Positions 17,335-27,468 of a stretch of DNA of 64,000 nt are shown here, one piece after another. Position numbers and translations under genes: made by a program. Numbering within the stretch: the first letter of the stretch is position 1; each line of letters starts with the position of its first letter. This DNA comes from an uncultured Peptococcaceae bacterium. GTDB taxonomy: Bacteria > Bacillota > Dehalobacteriia > UBA4068 > UBA4997. Location of the stretch: NCBI GenBank assembly GCA_937897635.1, contig CALCQI010000006.1, positions 26,552 to 90,551 of the forward strand, written 5' to 3'. The notes beneath the pieces were generated by a model that had not been told where the DNA came from, made no database searches, and saw nothing but the letters and a program-made list of their open reading frames with translations.

Positions 17335-19521
17335 TTGAAAAAACCACAAATAGTGCTTACGGCAGCCTTGGTTACCGCACTTTTAACACCTCAGGCGGCA
17401 CTTGCCGCTTCAGATACGGATACCATATTTATACCCGGCATACCTATCTCGGAAGAAAATACCACAGATACCACAGATACTACTAAAACTACAAATACAA
17501 CAGTTGAGGAAAAACCGGAAACCACAAACACAGATACCTTGAATAATGATAACACTCTTTACAACGGCAGGGATTATGTTATTTTGACCCCAAACAGCAA
17601 AACCGCAAATTTTAACGGCACGGCCACTGAAAGCCCTGCCCCTTATATAAAAAACGGTACTTCCATGCTGCCTTTACGCTTTATTTGCCAAGATATTTTA
17701 AAAGCGAACGTAAACTGGAACAATACCACTAAAACCGTTCAGGTGGATAAAAACGCTCTTTCCGTGAAAATAGACCTTAAAAAAGGCACAGTGATTTCAG
17801 ACGGCAAAACCTACCCTATGACAGTTAAGCCGGAACTGAAAAACAATACTACCTATATACCCTTAAGGCTTTTAGCAGAGCTTTTCAACTGCCAGGTGAA
17901 TTTTGATTCCGCTACCAAAAAAATCACTGTTATCCTGCCTGTAGCTGTCCCACAAATACCACCCGTGGCTTATGTACAGTTCAACGCCATCACAGCAGGC
18001 CAAGCCTTAGATTATATGGACACCAGCTATGATCCCAGCGGCCTTAACATAATCAAGCGGGAATGGCAGGTTATCAATAATGGCGTAACTACAAGCGGCA
18101 ATAATATAGCAGCTCTAACCAAAAAACTGAACCAGGGTACCTATACTATACGTTACCGTGTCCAGAACAGCCAAAAACTTTGGAGTGATTGGCAGGAAAC
18201 CTCTTTGATCATCTTAAAAAATGAAGCCCCCGTGATAACCACTTTCAATATAAATACCACTAAACCACAAATCGGCCAAGATGTGGATTTCAGCTACACC
18301 ACACAAAATGAAAGTTGGGAAAGCATAACTGCTGTAAGCTGGAGCTTCAGTTGGGAAGAAGATGGAACTACCATAACCAAAAATTACAAACCCCGCGCTT
18401 TCTTTAAACCGGGCGAAAATACCGTTACCCTAAAAGTGCAGGATGCCTTTGGTAATTGGAGCGAGCCCGCAAGCCTGGAAGTGAACATAAGCAGTAAAAT
18501 AACTGCTACGGAAGCGGAATACCGCTTTACTAACCTGCTTAAGGGCGATCTTTACCTGAACATGGCTAAAGTAAACTTTAACCTGTTGGATACCGCCAAT
18601 ATGATAAATTTTGCTATAGAACCCGTAACCCAGCTTTTCAGCGATAACCCTGAAAAGGTTTACCGTTACGGTGTTTTATATAAAGATACCGCACAAGGCA
18701 ATATCCGCCTGCATTACTACCACGAAAACATCATGACTGAACCTATGAAAATATACACGCTTGTGCACAACACAAGTGATGTGCCCGTAACCATTACTAT
18801 AGGCAAGGTAGCCTCCGCAGGACCCACCCGGGTATCCTTACAGCTTGGCACAAAGCTGGGCGAAAACTACTTTAACGCAAGCCCAAGCGGCAAAACCATC
18901 ACCCTGGCCCCCGACGGTAAATATTTGCTTAACCCCGGTATTAGGGCCATGAAAACCAACGAGGTGGAAGCCGCTCTGATAGATGTATATGCAAGCAGTC
19001 CTGTAACTTTTGTTACCGTAGCCATGAGCGATGCCATGAACTACAAAGATTATACCTATTTGTATCAGTTGGAACGCGAAATCAGCCATACCAGGGGCAC
19101 CTTCTTAAACGGTAATATGAATATGACATTTGAGCTGAACAGCAATAAAGCCGAAAAAATCATCTTAGGCCGTGCCGATGCCCATGAAAACTACAGCGGC
19201 ATTGGTATAGACGCTACCACAGGCAATGAAGCTAAAAACCTAGGCAATTACGGAGTATTACACACCATCACCATTACAGCCGAAACCCGCACGGGTATAC
19301 TGGTAAACCCCAGAGGCTCTATTTTCCAAGGTGTACTGTGCTGGAACGGTGAAATCCGCCCCATCAGTGCCATGGGCTATATGAGAAATAACCGCGAAGC
19401 TGCAGCCATAGGCATTATTGAAGCAGGCGAAACCGTAACCATTACCTACATGACACCCGATGGCTCAGATTCACCAATGCTTTTGGTAGCCATACCTGCA
19501 GATTTGTGGAATGAGTATTAA
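17335..19521 (+). CDS. Secreted protein: copper-amine-oxidase-N-like 'stalk' domain, PKD/Ig-like domains, and an unassigned ~330-aa C-terminal region
   Basis: TTG start behind AAGGAG. Signal peptide ...PQAALAASD. NGTSMLPLRFI...NTTYIPLRLLAELF. PKD-like GENTVTLKVQDAFGNWSEP. Confidence 0.6.
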   Translation: MKKPQIVLTAALVTALLTPQAALAASDTDTIFIPGIPISEENTTDTTDTTKTTNTTVEEKPETTNTDTLNNDNTLYNGRDYVILTPNSKTANFNGTATESPAPYIKNGTSMLPLRFICQDILKANVNWNNTTKTVQVDKNALSVKIDLKKGTVISDGKTYPMTVKPELKNNTTYIPLRLLAELFNCQVNFDSATKKITVILPVAVPQIPPVAYVQFNAITAGQALDYMDTSYDPSGLNIIKREWQVINNGVTTSGNNIAALTKKLNQGTYTIRYRVQNSQKLWSDWQETSLIILKNEAPVITTFNINTTKPQIGQDVDFSYTTQNESWESITAVSWSFSWEEDGTTITKNYKPRAFFKPGENTVTLKVQDAFGNWSEPASLEVNISSKITATEAEYRFTNLLKGDLYLNMAKVNFNLLDTANMINFAIEPVTQLFSDNPEKVYRYGVLYKDTAQGNIRLHYYHENIMTEPMKIYTLVHNTSDVPVTITIGKVASAGPTRVSLQLGTKLGENYFNASPSGKTITLAPDGKYLLNPGIRAMKTNEVEAALIDVYASSPVTFVTVAMSDAMNYKDYTYLYQLEREISHTRGTFLNGNMNMTFELNSNKAEKIILGRADAHENYSGIGIDATTGNEAKNLGNYGVLHTITITAETRTGILVNPRGSIFQGVLCWNGEIRPISAMGYMRNNREAAAIGIIEAGETVTITYMTPDGSDSPMLLVAIPADLWNEY

Positions 19522-19565
19522 TAAAATATTTAAAGTGATTTTAATGAATCAATACAAAATGCAAT

Positions 19566-19605
19566 AAAAATCAAAGGAGTCTTAATAAGACTCCTTTGAT
19601 TTTTA
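19566..19605. terminator. Bidirectional terminator
   Basis: AAAAATCAAAGGAGTCTTA-at-AAGACTCCTTTGATTTTT, between convergent genes. Confidence 0.85.
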
Positions 19606-19650
19606 AATACTATTATTTTTAAAAAATTTTGCTTAACATAATTATACTAA

Positions 19651-21135
19651 TTATTCAACCCAGTTTTGCGCGCGCTTTACTGCTTTATGCCAATTTTGTA
19701 ATAAGGCTTGCCTTTCCTGCTGCGGCATTTTAGGCGTAAAGGCAGCATCCAGGTGCCATTTTTCCTCCAGCTCCGCCTTATTTTGCCAAAATCCTGTAGC
19801 AAGCCCCGCCAAATAAGCTGCTCCCAAAGCCGTAGTTTCTTGAACTACAGGGCGTTTTAAACTCAAACCCGAAATATCCGCCTGAAAAGCCATCAATAAA
19901 TCATTGGTGCTGGCACCGCCATCCACCCGCAATTCCTTGATAGGTATTTGATTATCTTTATTCATGGCACAAAGAACATCCTCGGTTTGATAAGCTATGC
20001 TTTCCAAGGCCGCCCTTACCAAATGGCTGCGGTTGGCGCCGCGTGTAAGACCAAATATTGATCCCCTGGCATACATATCCCAATAAGGTGCGCCCATGCC
20101 TGTAAAAGCAGGCACTATGTAAACCCCGCCATTATCCTTTGCTTTAGCGGCTACCGCCTCGCTTTCAGCGGAATTTTTTAAAAGCCCTAATTCATCACGC
20201 AGCCATTGGATAACCGCTCCGCCCACGAAAACACTGCCCTCCAAAGCATAACTGATTTTGCCTTCGGCACTTATGCCTATTGTAGTTAAAAGCCCATTTT
20301 TGCTTACAGGCATGTTTTTGCCGCTGTTAGCCAGTAAAAAACAGCCCGTACCGTAAGTATTTTTGGCCTTGCCTTCCTCAAAACAGCACTGCCCGAATAA
20401 AGCACCCTGCTGATCCCCCACCAGGGATGCTATAGGCACCTGCCTGCCCGCTATATTGCAGTAACCATAGATTTCATCGCTGAAATGCACCTGCGGTAAC
20501 ATACTTTGGGGTATATCCAGCTTTGCCAGGATCTTTTCATCCCAGCACAAATTTTTAATATTGAACATCATGGTACGGGAAGCATTCGTATAGTCCGTAA
20601 CGTGAACTGCTCCATCCGTAAGCTTCCATAACAACCAGGTATCCACCGTACCGAAAAGCAATTCACCGTTTTCGGCCTTTTTTCTGGCTCCTTTTACATT
20701 ATCAAGTATCCATTTCACTTTGGTTGCGCTGAAATAAGCATCAACGGGCAAGCCCGTATTTTCTTTTATATAAGGAGCAAGGCCGCGTTCTATCAATTCA
20801 TCACACATTGGCGCGGTACGGCGGCACTGCCAAACAATAGCATTATGAACGGGGTTGCCTGTAGCCTTCTCCCACACTATGGTAGTTTCCCGCTGGTTGG
20901 TTATACCTATGCCTGCTATTTCCGTAGGCTCGATACCGCTTTGAGCTATAGCTTCCATTAACACAGCGTATTGGCTGGCATAAATATCCATAGGGTCATG
21001 CTCCACATAGCCTGCCTTAGGATAATACTGCTTAAATTCCTTTTGGGCTTTGGCAATAACACGCTGAGAATGATCAAAAATAATGGCTCGGGAACTGGTA
21101 GTTCCCTGGTCAAGCGCAATTATATATTTTTTCAC
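19651..21135 (-). CDS. glpK: Glycerol kinase
   Basis: [14 protein letters not shown]... and [13 protein letters not shown] motifs over the full length. GTG start with a GGAGG RBS. Confidence 0.95.
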   Translation of the reverse strand: MKKYIIALDQGTTSSRAIIFDHSQRVIAKAQKEFKQYYPKAGYVEHDPMDIYASQYAVLMEAIAQSGIEPTEIAGIGITNQRETTIVWEKATGNPVHNAIVWQCRRTAPMCDELIERGLAPYIKENTGLPVDAYFSATKVKWILDNVKGARKKAENGELLFGTVDTWLLWKLTDGAVHVTDYTNASRTMMFNIKNLCWDEKILAKLDIPQSMLPQVHFSDEIYGYCNIAGRQVPIASLVGDQQGALFGQCCFEEGKAKNTYGTGCFLLANSGKNMPVSKNGLLTTIGISAEGKISYALEGSVFVGGAVIQWLRDELGLLKNSAESEAVAAKAKDNGGVYIVPAFTGMGAPYWDMYARGSIFGLTRGANRSHLVRAALESIAYQTEDVLCAMNKDNQIPIKELRVDGGASTNDLLMAFQADISGLSLKRPVVQETTALGAAYLAGLATGFWQNKAELEEKWHLDAAFTPKMPQQERQALLQNWHKAVKRAQNWVE

Positions 21136-21464
21136 GCCTTTTACCTCCCCACTGTTGGTAGAACTATTGATAGCCTAATTTTAGCACATAAAGCCTTAAA
21201 GCAAAAGCGGCAGCTTTCAAATGCTTAAAATCTCTTTTAGCAAAACCCAAACCCATAAAATTTTACTCATCTTTAGCAAAAACACATAAGGAAACCTTAT
21301 AGACATAGTAGACAATTTATATAAAATTACCCAACATTCCCCCGCCTTCCCATAAATATTATTTATAGATACATATTATATTTATAATAGAAGAAACTCA
21401 TCATTATAAAAATTTTCAGAACAATCTTTCAAAAAAACTAAGCCCTAGCAGGCATTTTAGTAAA

Positions 21465-21493
21465 TTGACGCTAAAAAAAATAAGGTCTATACT
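21465..21493 (+). promoter_or_regulatory. Sigma-A-type promoter of the corrinoid/molybdopterin operon
   Basis: TTGACG (21465-21470), 17 nt, TATACT (21488-21493). Confidence 0.55.
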
Positions 21494-21561
21494 GTAAATA
21501 TACCTAATACGACAAAAAACTGCAATTTATTATAATACTACCAAAAAATGAGGTTATTATT

Positions 21562-22710
21562 ATGTTAAATTTACCGGAAAACTTTCAAAATTATACGGAA
21601 GCCCGTAAAAACGGCTTTATTAAAATGAAAGAATTAAAAGAAACAGGCAAAAAAGTGGTAGGTGTTTTTTGTACCTATACACCCAATGAACTGGTAATGG
21701 CCGCAAATGCCGTTCCCATAGGTTTGTGCGGCGTAAGCGAAGAACCTGTAACTGATGCGGAAAGAGTACTGCCCAAAAACCTTTGCCCACTTATAAAGTC
21801 CAGCTATGGTTTTGCCTTAACTGATAAATGCCCTTATTTCTATTTTTCGGATATGATTTTGGCAGAAACTACCTGCGATGGTAAAAAGAAAATGTACGAG
21901 CTTTTGAATGAGCTTAAATATACCCATGTAATGCAGCTTCCCCCGGGCAGAGAAGGCACCAAAGCCCTAGAAGCTTGGGAAGGCGAAATGCATCGCTTAA
22001 AAGACGTTTTGGAAGAACGCCTTAATGTTGAAATAACTGAAACGAAGCTTAAAGAGGCAATAAAATTAAAAAACAGGGAACGTAAAGCTATGTTGGATTT
22101 CTTTGAAATAGGCAAGCTCAAACCTTCCCCTCTTTCAGGCTATGAAATAAGCACGGTTATAGATACCAATAGCTTTATTTTCTCTTCCCAAGAAAAAATA
22201 GCAATGCTGGAAAAACGCACAAAAGAATTAAAACAAGCCTATGAACAAAGCTTTAAGGGTAAACCCAGCCGTCCCCGTATTTTGATTACGGGCTGTCCCA
22301 GCGGCGGTGTAAGGGAAAAAATCATCCGTCAAATAGAAGAAGCGGGTGCAGATATTGTTTGCTTTGAAAATTGCTGCGGCCCCAGGGAAAAAATGGATAA
22401 AGTAGATGAAACTATAGAACCTTACCGTGCCTTGGCGGAAAAATACCTGCGGGTGAACTGCTCGGTAATGAGCCCCAATCCGGGACGTTTTGAAACCTTA
22501 ACAAAAATGATACAGGATTATCAAGTAGATGGTGTCATCGAAATCATTTTACAGGCCTGCCACACCTTTGCGGTAGAAGCATATAAAATAAAGCAATTCA
22601 TCACTCAAGAACAAAAACTACCCTATATGTGCCTGGAAACCGACTACTCCCAAGCTGACAGCGGTCAAATAAATACACGCATCAGCGCTTTTTTGGAAAT
22701 GCTTGCTTAA
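21562..22710 (+). CDS. 2-hydroxyacyl-CoA dehydratase (HgdB/BcrC/BadD) superfamily protein, YjiM / double-cubane-cluster-protein-like
   Basis: 382 aa. N-terminus [54 protein letters not shown]. Many conserved-looking Cys ([23 protein letters not shown]). Confidence 0.65.
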   Translation: MLNLPENFQNYTEARKNGFIKMKELKETGKKVVGVFCTYTPNELVMAANAVPIGLCGVSEEPVTDAERVLPKNLCPLIKSSYGFALTDKCPYFYFSDMILAETTCDGKKKMYELLNELKYTHVMQLPPGREGTKALEAWEGEMHRLKDVLEERLNVEITETKLKEAIKLKNRERKAMLDFFEIGKLKPSPLSGYEISTVIDTNSFIFSSQEKIAMLEKRTKELKQAYEQSFKGKPSRPRILITGCPSGGVREKIIRQIEEAGADIVCFENCCGPREKMDKVDETIEPYRALAEKYLRVNCSVMSPNPGRFETLTKMIQDYQVDGVIEIILQACHTFAVEAYKIKQFITQEQKLPYMCLETDYSQADSGQINTRISAFLEMLA

Positions 22711-22920
22711 AATTTAACATACTTTTATACCACTGTAAGGCCTCAGTATTATATATAAACCATCCCCCATTTATTTTTTCAAGCCTTTTTATGGATAAAA
22801 TCATTCTTACAAAAAAACAATTTATTTGGTTTGTTTACTTTCCTTACGTTGCTTGTTTAAATTTTTACGGTACTTTAAGGTTCGGTATTATACTTTTAAT
22901 AAATATTATATACAAAGCAG

Positions 22921-23580
22921 GTGATAATCATTAACAGCTTATATACACAAATAGTAGATTCTATTATAACTCTTGATGAAGAAAAAACCGAACAATTGGT
23001 TGCAAAAGCTCTGCAAAACAATCATGCACCTATGAATATAATGAACGAAGCCTTAGTTGCCGGCATTGATGCAGTTGGTGAAAAATTCAAATCCAACGAA
23101 TATTTCATACCTGAACTTGTGTGCGGTGTAAAAGCCTTTCAAAAAGGCTTAACACTCATCAAACCCTTAATCACAAATAAAACTGACTGTTTTTTGGGTA
23201 CAGCTGTCATAGGTACAGTTAAAGGGGACATGCATGATATAGGCAAAAACATTGTAGCCATAATGCTGGAAGCAGCAGGTTTTCAAGTTTTCGATTTGGG
23301 CGCGGACGTTTCTGCTCAAGCCTTTGCGGATGCTGCGGAAGCTTATCAGGCTGACATTATAGCTCTTTCTGCATTGCTTACCTCAACAATGGTTTATATG
23401 CCCGAAATTTTAAACAAGCTTGAAGAACGCGGCTTAAGAAGCAGTGTTAAGGTAATGGTAGGAGGAGCGGTAATAAACCAAGCCTTTGCCGACCGTATAG
23501 GAGCCGACGGTTACTCTAAAGACGCAACCGAAGCAGTAATTCTGGCCAAAAACTTATTAAACAAGAAAAGGCCATCTTAA
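22921..23580 (+). CDS. Corrinoid (cobalamin-binding) methyl-carrier protein, MtaC/MtbC/MttC type
   Basis: N-terminal helical cap. B12-binding Rossmann with GDMHDIGKNIV (DxHxxG), LSALLTS (SxL) and MVGGA (GG). The start codon is uncertain: GTG 22921 has a weak RBS. Confidence 0.85.
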   Translation: MIIINSLYTQIVDSIITLDEEKTEQLVAKALQNNHAPMNIMNEALVAGIDAVGEKFKSNEYFIPELVCGVKAFQKGLTLIKPLITNKTDCFLGTAVIGTVKGDMHDIGKNIVAIMLEAAGFQVFDLGADVSAQAFADAAEAYQADIIALSALLTSTMVYMPEILNKLEERGLRSSVKVMVGGAVINQAFADRIGADGYSKDATEAVILAKNLLNKKRPS

Positions 23581-23581
23581 A

Positions 23582-25558
23582 ATGCAGGAAAAAAAACTTA
23601 TCTGCGGGCTTTGCGCCTGTAATTGTATATTAAAAGCGATAATAAATGAAGATGGTTCAGTAAAAGAAGTAAAAGGAGACCCCGAAAGTATTACAGGAGG
23701 ATTTGCCTGCAGCAAGGGCAGAGCTTTAACCAAAATACCTAAAGCTAAAAACCGTATCACTGAAGCATTAGTTAAACAAAAGGACGGCAGCTTTAAGTCT
23801 GTAACTATGCTTGAAGCACTTGAACTTTTAGCGCAGAAAATGCTTGCTATTAAGCAAGATTTTGGGGCTTCAGCTTTTGCTATCCACAGCGGCCAAGCTG
23901 CCGTACGCAGACAATTTTCCCGTCTAACGGGCTATTTTAGCCACCTTTACGGTTCTGTCAATTATTCGGGTATTGGTACTACCTGTAATGTATCTAAACG
24001 CATTGCTTACACAATGACTATGGGCGGTTTGCCCAAATGCGATTACCTCAATGCCAAAACAATTGTATTGTGGGGTCATAATGCTCCCAATACCCACCCC
24101 TATGATTGGCAGGTAATAAAAAATTGCTGTGCAAACGGTGCTAAACTCATTATCATAAATCCTCAAAAAACCGAGGCCTGTCGTGAAGGATGCTTACACC
24201 TTGCCTTAAAACCGGGCACCGATATTTACCTGGCCTGGGCCATCCTAAAAATTGCCGCACAACAAAAATGGTTCACTGAACAAAATATAGCAGCTACCTC
24301 AGGTTTTGAAGCGTTGGTAAGCTCCTTAAAAAATCTTGATACCGCGGAAATGCTTGATCACTGCGGTTTAACTTTACCAGAAGTAAATAAGGTAACAAAA
24401 CTTATTTTTCAAGCTACTCCTACTACTATTATGGCCGGAACAGCCATAGAACTGCAACAACATGGTTTTCAAACTGCACGAGCCATAGCCATTATACAAG
24501 CTATGTGTGGAACCAAGGCTCTTCTGTTCCCCAAAATGCCGCCTGCCTATGCACCTTTCCCTGTAAAATCAAGCTTTAATGGTGAAATGGTAGGCGCAAC
24601 CGAATATCCTGTTTTTACGGATTTTGTGGGATATGCCCAAAGCAATATTTTATCTAAAAGTATCAATGAAGGTAAAATCAAAGGCATTCTTATTGTTGGC
24701 GGTAATCCACTTGCTACCTGGGCCAACAGCTCCGTCAATCAAAGAAGCTTTGCTAAACTGGATTTTATGGCAGTCATGGATAATTTTCTTACCATAACAG
24801 CCAAAGCAGCCGATTTGATTATTCCCGCTGCCTGTCCTACTGAAAAATACGAGCTTTTGGAGTGTATTTCAAGCACAGGAGAGGTTTACCTTAACCTTTC
24901 GGAAGCTGTTTTACCTGCCAAAGGCTTAAATGAAGTTGAGTTTTTCAAAGCTATGGCTGATCTTCTGGGTTTTGGCGAAGCCATGCCCTGGCAAAATTCA
25001 CTTACTTATTTTGATTATCTGCTAAAGCCATTGAAGCTGAACTGTCAAAGCTTGCTCCAAAACAGCAATGGTTTCCATTATGCCGCAAACCGCAAGTTAC
25101 AGGATATACAAAAAGAAAATACTAGCATCAATTTAACAGTCCCCAAGCTTGCAGAATATGGTTATTCTACTTTACCGCTGCCACCCGTATATGAAAAACC
25201 TGCTGCGGATCAAATAATTTTAACTACCTGTGATAAAAGCAGGAACTTGGTTCATTCCCGCTACCGTAATGTAAAGGAACTTGTTAAAAACGAGGAACCT
25301 ACACTTAAGCTAAACCCCAACACTGCTTCTTCTTACCAAATAATAACAGGGGATACGGTACAAATAAAACGTGGAGAACACACTTTGCTTGCCAAAGCGC
25401 TGGTTACCGAAAATATTACCGAGGGCACTGCAGCCATAATGCACGGTTGGGCAAACTGTAACGTAAACTATTTTACCCGCTTGGAAGAATTGGATGCCAT
25501 AAGCGGCTTCCCAAATTCAGCCGCAATACCGATAAGCCTTAAAAAATATGGGGGTTAA
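23582..25558 (+). CDS. Cytoplasmic molybdopterin (bis-MGD, DMSO-reductase superfamily) oxidoreductase of unknown substrate
   Basis: N-terminal CGLCACNC...FACSKG ([4Fe-4S] C-x2-C-x3-C...C). No twin-arginine leader. Central MopB domain. C-terminal barrel (ITGDTVQIKRGEHTLLAKALVTENI...). The ATG is 1 nt after the corrinoid gene stop. Confidence 0.8.
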   Translation: MQEKKLICGLCACNCILKAIINEDGSVKEVKGDPESITGGFACSKGRALTKIPKAKNRITEALVKQKDGSFKSVTMLEALELLAQKMLAIKQDFGASAFAIHSGQAAVRRQFSRLTGYFSHLYGSVNYSGIGTTCNVSKRIAYTMTMGGLPKCDYLNAKTIVLWGHNAPNTHPYDWQVIKNCCANGAKLIIINPQKTEACREGCLHLALKPGTDIYLAWAILKIAAQQKWFTEQNIAATSGFEALVSSLKNLDTAEMLDHCGLTLPEVNKVTKLIFQATPTTIMAGTAIELQQHGFQTARAIAIIQAMCGTKALLFPKMPPAYAPFPVKSSFNGEMVGATEYPVFTDFVGYAQSNILSKSINEGKIKGILIVGGNPLATWANSSVNQRSFAKLDFMAVMDNFLTITAKAADLIIPAACPTEKYELLECISSTGEVYLNLSEAVLPAKGLNEVEFFKAMADLLGFGEAMPWQNSLTYFDYLLKPLKLNCQSLLQNSNGFHYAANRKLQDIQKENTSINLTVPKLAEYGYSTLPLPPVYEKPAADQIILTTCDKSRNLVHSRYRNVKELVKNEEPTLKLNPNTASSYQIITGDTVQIKRGEHTLLAKALVTENITEGTAAIMHGWANCNVNYFTRLEELDAISGFPNSAAIPISLKKYGG

Positions 25559-25562
25559 AAAT

Positions 25563-26597
25563 ATGTCTGAATTAAGCAAACGCGAAAAAATATTTCTAAC
25601 TTTATCAAGAAAGCAAACGGGCTATATACCTGTTATACCTTCCGCTACCAGCTTTGCTATTACCAATTCGCCTTATGGAGCTGAATGCCGCAAGGATAGC
25701 CAAAAATTTGCAGAAGCAATGGTTTCCGCCAGGCGCTACTTCGGTTATGATGCTCTTTGGGCAGGCTTGTTCCAGGGAGTTACTTCCTGCATGGGGCAAG
25801 GACTTGAAGATAAAAATGGTAAAATCTCGCAAAGCGGCGATGGTACCATCCAAAAACCTGAGGATCTGAAAAAACTGCGTCCTTTTAATATAGAAAAATG
25901 TGTTCAACTGCATTTCATTAAGGAAAATATCCGCTTACTAAAACAAGAAGAACCTGAAGAACCCATAATAGCCATTATGGACAACCCCTCTATGGTAGCA
26001 TCGGCACTGATGGATGGTGGTAATTATTATTATCATCTTGTACATAATCCCGCTTTTGTGCATGAGCTTACCGAAATGGTTTTTGAACCCTTGACGCTCT
26101 GCGCGCAAGAAATTATTGCGGCAGGTGCGGATATTTTATGGCTGCCTTTACCAACCATAGGCGGAACCTGCATTTCCAGGCAGCATTATCAGGAATTCTG
26201 TATGCCTTACAATAAACGCTTTAACCAAAAAATCATCCAAGCGGGCGGCAAACTCATCATTCATACCTGTGGAAACTGGAATGATCGCTTCGACCTTGTA
26301 ACTACAGAGGGCGCGCATTGCCTGCATATTGCCGAAGCAGATTTAGGCATGCTCAAAAAAACCTACGGCAACACTACCGCCTTAATGGGTCAAATACCGT
26401 CTGTGTTTACCATGATGTTGGCCGATCCCAAACAGGTATTTGCCCAAAGCCTTGCCGATTGTCTTGCCGCTGCAGAAGGCGGCGGCTTTATCCTAAGCCC
26501 CGATTGCGGTATGCCAGGCAAAACTCCCGCCGAAAACATAAAAGCCATGGTTGCGGCTGCCAAGGAAGCTGAACGCATTTTAGCGGGCAAATGCTAA
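25563..26597 (+). CDS. MtaA/MtbA/MtsA-like Zn methyltransferase (uroporphyrinogen-decarboxylase fold)
   Basis: URO-D-like length and layout. Candidate Zn ligands IIHTCGNW (HxC) and LSPDCGMP. ATG 25563 lies 4 nt after the MopB stop, with GGGGG upstream. Confidence 0.75.
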   Translation: MSELSKREKIFLTLSRKQTGYIPVIPSATSFAITNSPYGAECRKDSQKFAEAMVSARRYFGYDALWAGLFQGVTSCMGQGLEDKNGKISQSGDGTIQKPEDLKKLRPFNIEKCVQLHFIKENIRLLKQEEPEEPIIAIMDNPSMVASALMDGGNYYYHLVHNPAFVHELTEMVFEPLTLCAQEIIAAGADILWLPLPTIGGTCISRQHYQEFCMPYNKRFNQKIIQAGGKLIIHTCGNWNDRFDLVTTEGAHCLHIAEADLGMLKKTYGNTTALMGQIPSVFTMMLADPKQVFAQSLADCLAAAEGGGFILSPDCGMPGKTPAENIKAMVAAAKEAERILAGKC

Positions 26598-26631
26598 AAT
26601 TAATTATATATTGGAGGGTTAATAAAAAACA

Positions 26632-27468
26632 ATGAATGAAAATTTGGCTGAGAAAGCCGTAAAACTATCCTTACAAAACATCTCCCATTCTTATACCGAT
26701 ACCTCAGGCCAAAGCATGGAGGCCATCAATAATATAAGCCTAAATATAAAAGATGGCGAATTTGTAGCTATAGTAGGCTCCAGCGGCTGTGGCAAAAGCA
26801 CACTTTTAAATATCATGTGCGGCATTTTGGAACCAAGCCAGGGGAGTGTTTTGCTGGACGGGCATGCCTTAAGAAATGCTAAAAGCAAGATTGGCTATAT
26901 TTCCCAAATGGATACTCTTTTACCATGGCGCAGAGTCATCAAAAATGTAGCTTTAGGCCTAGAAATAGAAGGCAAATCAAAAAAAGAGCGCCTGCAAATT
27001 GCCAAAGAACTTATAGAAACCAGCGGTTTGAGCGGCTTTGAGGATAAATACCCCTTTGAACTTTCGGGCGGCATGCGCAAACGTGTTATCATCATCCGCG
27101 CTCTTGCCCAAAATCCCGATGTGATTTTTATGGATGAACCATTCGGCCCTTTAGATATTTTTACCAAAACCATGCTTCAACAGGAAATTTTGAAGATTTG
27201 GTCTGAACATAAAAACACTATCATCTACATAACACACGATATTGCCGAAGCCATAGTACTGGCAGATCGTATCATCCTGCTCAGCTACCGCCCTGCCACC
27301 ATCAAAGCCGAATATAAAGTAGAACTGCCACGGCCTCGTATCATAGAAGAATGTAAATACAACCCCTACTTTTTAGAGCTGGAAAAAGAAATTTGGGACA
27401 CAATTAAAGAAGATGTGAAGATTGCACAGCAGGAGGAGTTTTACAATAATGCTAAAAAAAATATTTAA
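26632..27468 (+). CDS. ABC transporter ATP-binding protein (NitT/TauT: nitrate/sulfonate/taurine type)
   Basis: GSSGCGKST Walker A, LSGGMRKRVIIIRAL signature, IFMDEPFGPLD Walker B. Confidence 0.85.
   Translation: MNENLAEKAVKLSLQNISHSYTDTSGQSMEAINNISLNIKDGEFVAIVGSSGCGKSTLLNIMCGILEPSQGSVLLDGHALRNAKSKIGYISQMDTLLPWRRVIKNVALGLEIEGKSKKERLQIAKELIETSGLSGFEDKYPFELSGGMRKRVIIIRALAQNPDVIFMDEPFGPLDIFTKTMLQQEILKIWSEHKNTIIYITHDIAEAIVLADRIILLSYRPATIKAEYKVELPRPRIIEECKYNPYFLELEKEIWDTIKEDVKIAQQEEFYNNAKKNI

Noticed and set aside
21234-21283. Direct repeat CTTT(T)AGCAAAA(A)C occurring twice upstream of glpK, as a possible regulator or antiterminator site
   Set aside because: It is only about 12 nt, imperfect, and sits in AT-rich DNA. 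There is no accompanying terminator or antiterminator structure that I could fold.
22711-22920. Cobalamin riboswitch ahead of the corrinoid gene (also considered ahead of nrdJ, 33302-33420)
   Set aside because: Both regions are AT-rich and lack a B12 box or a GCCACTG-type core. An isolated CCACTG at about 22732 is not enough.
23582-25558. Selenocysteine or TAT export for the molybdopterin enzyme
   Set aside because: The frame is uninterrupted, with no in-frame TGA, so no SECIS is needed. The N-terminus goes straight into the Fe-S motif without an RRxF(L/K) leader.
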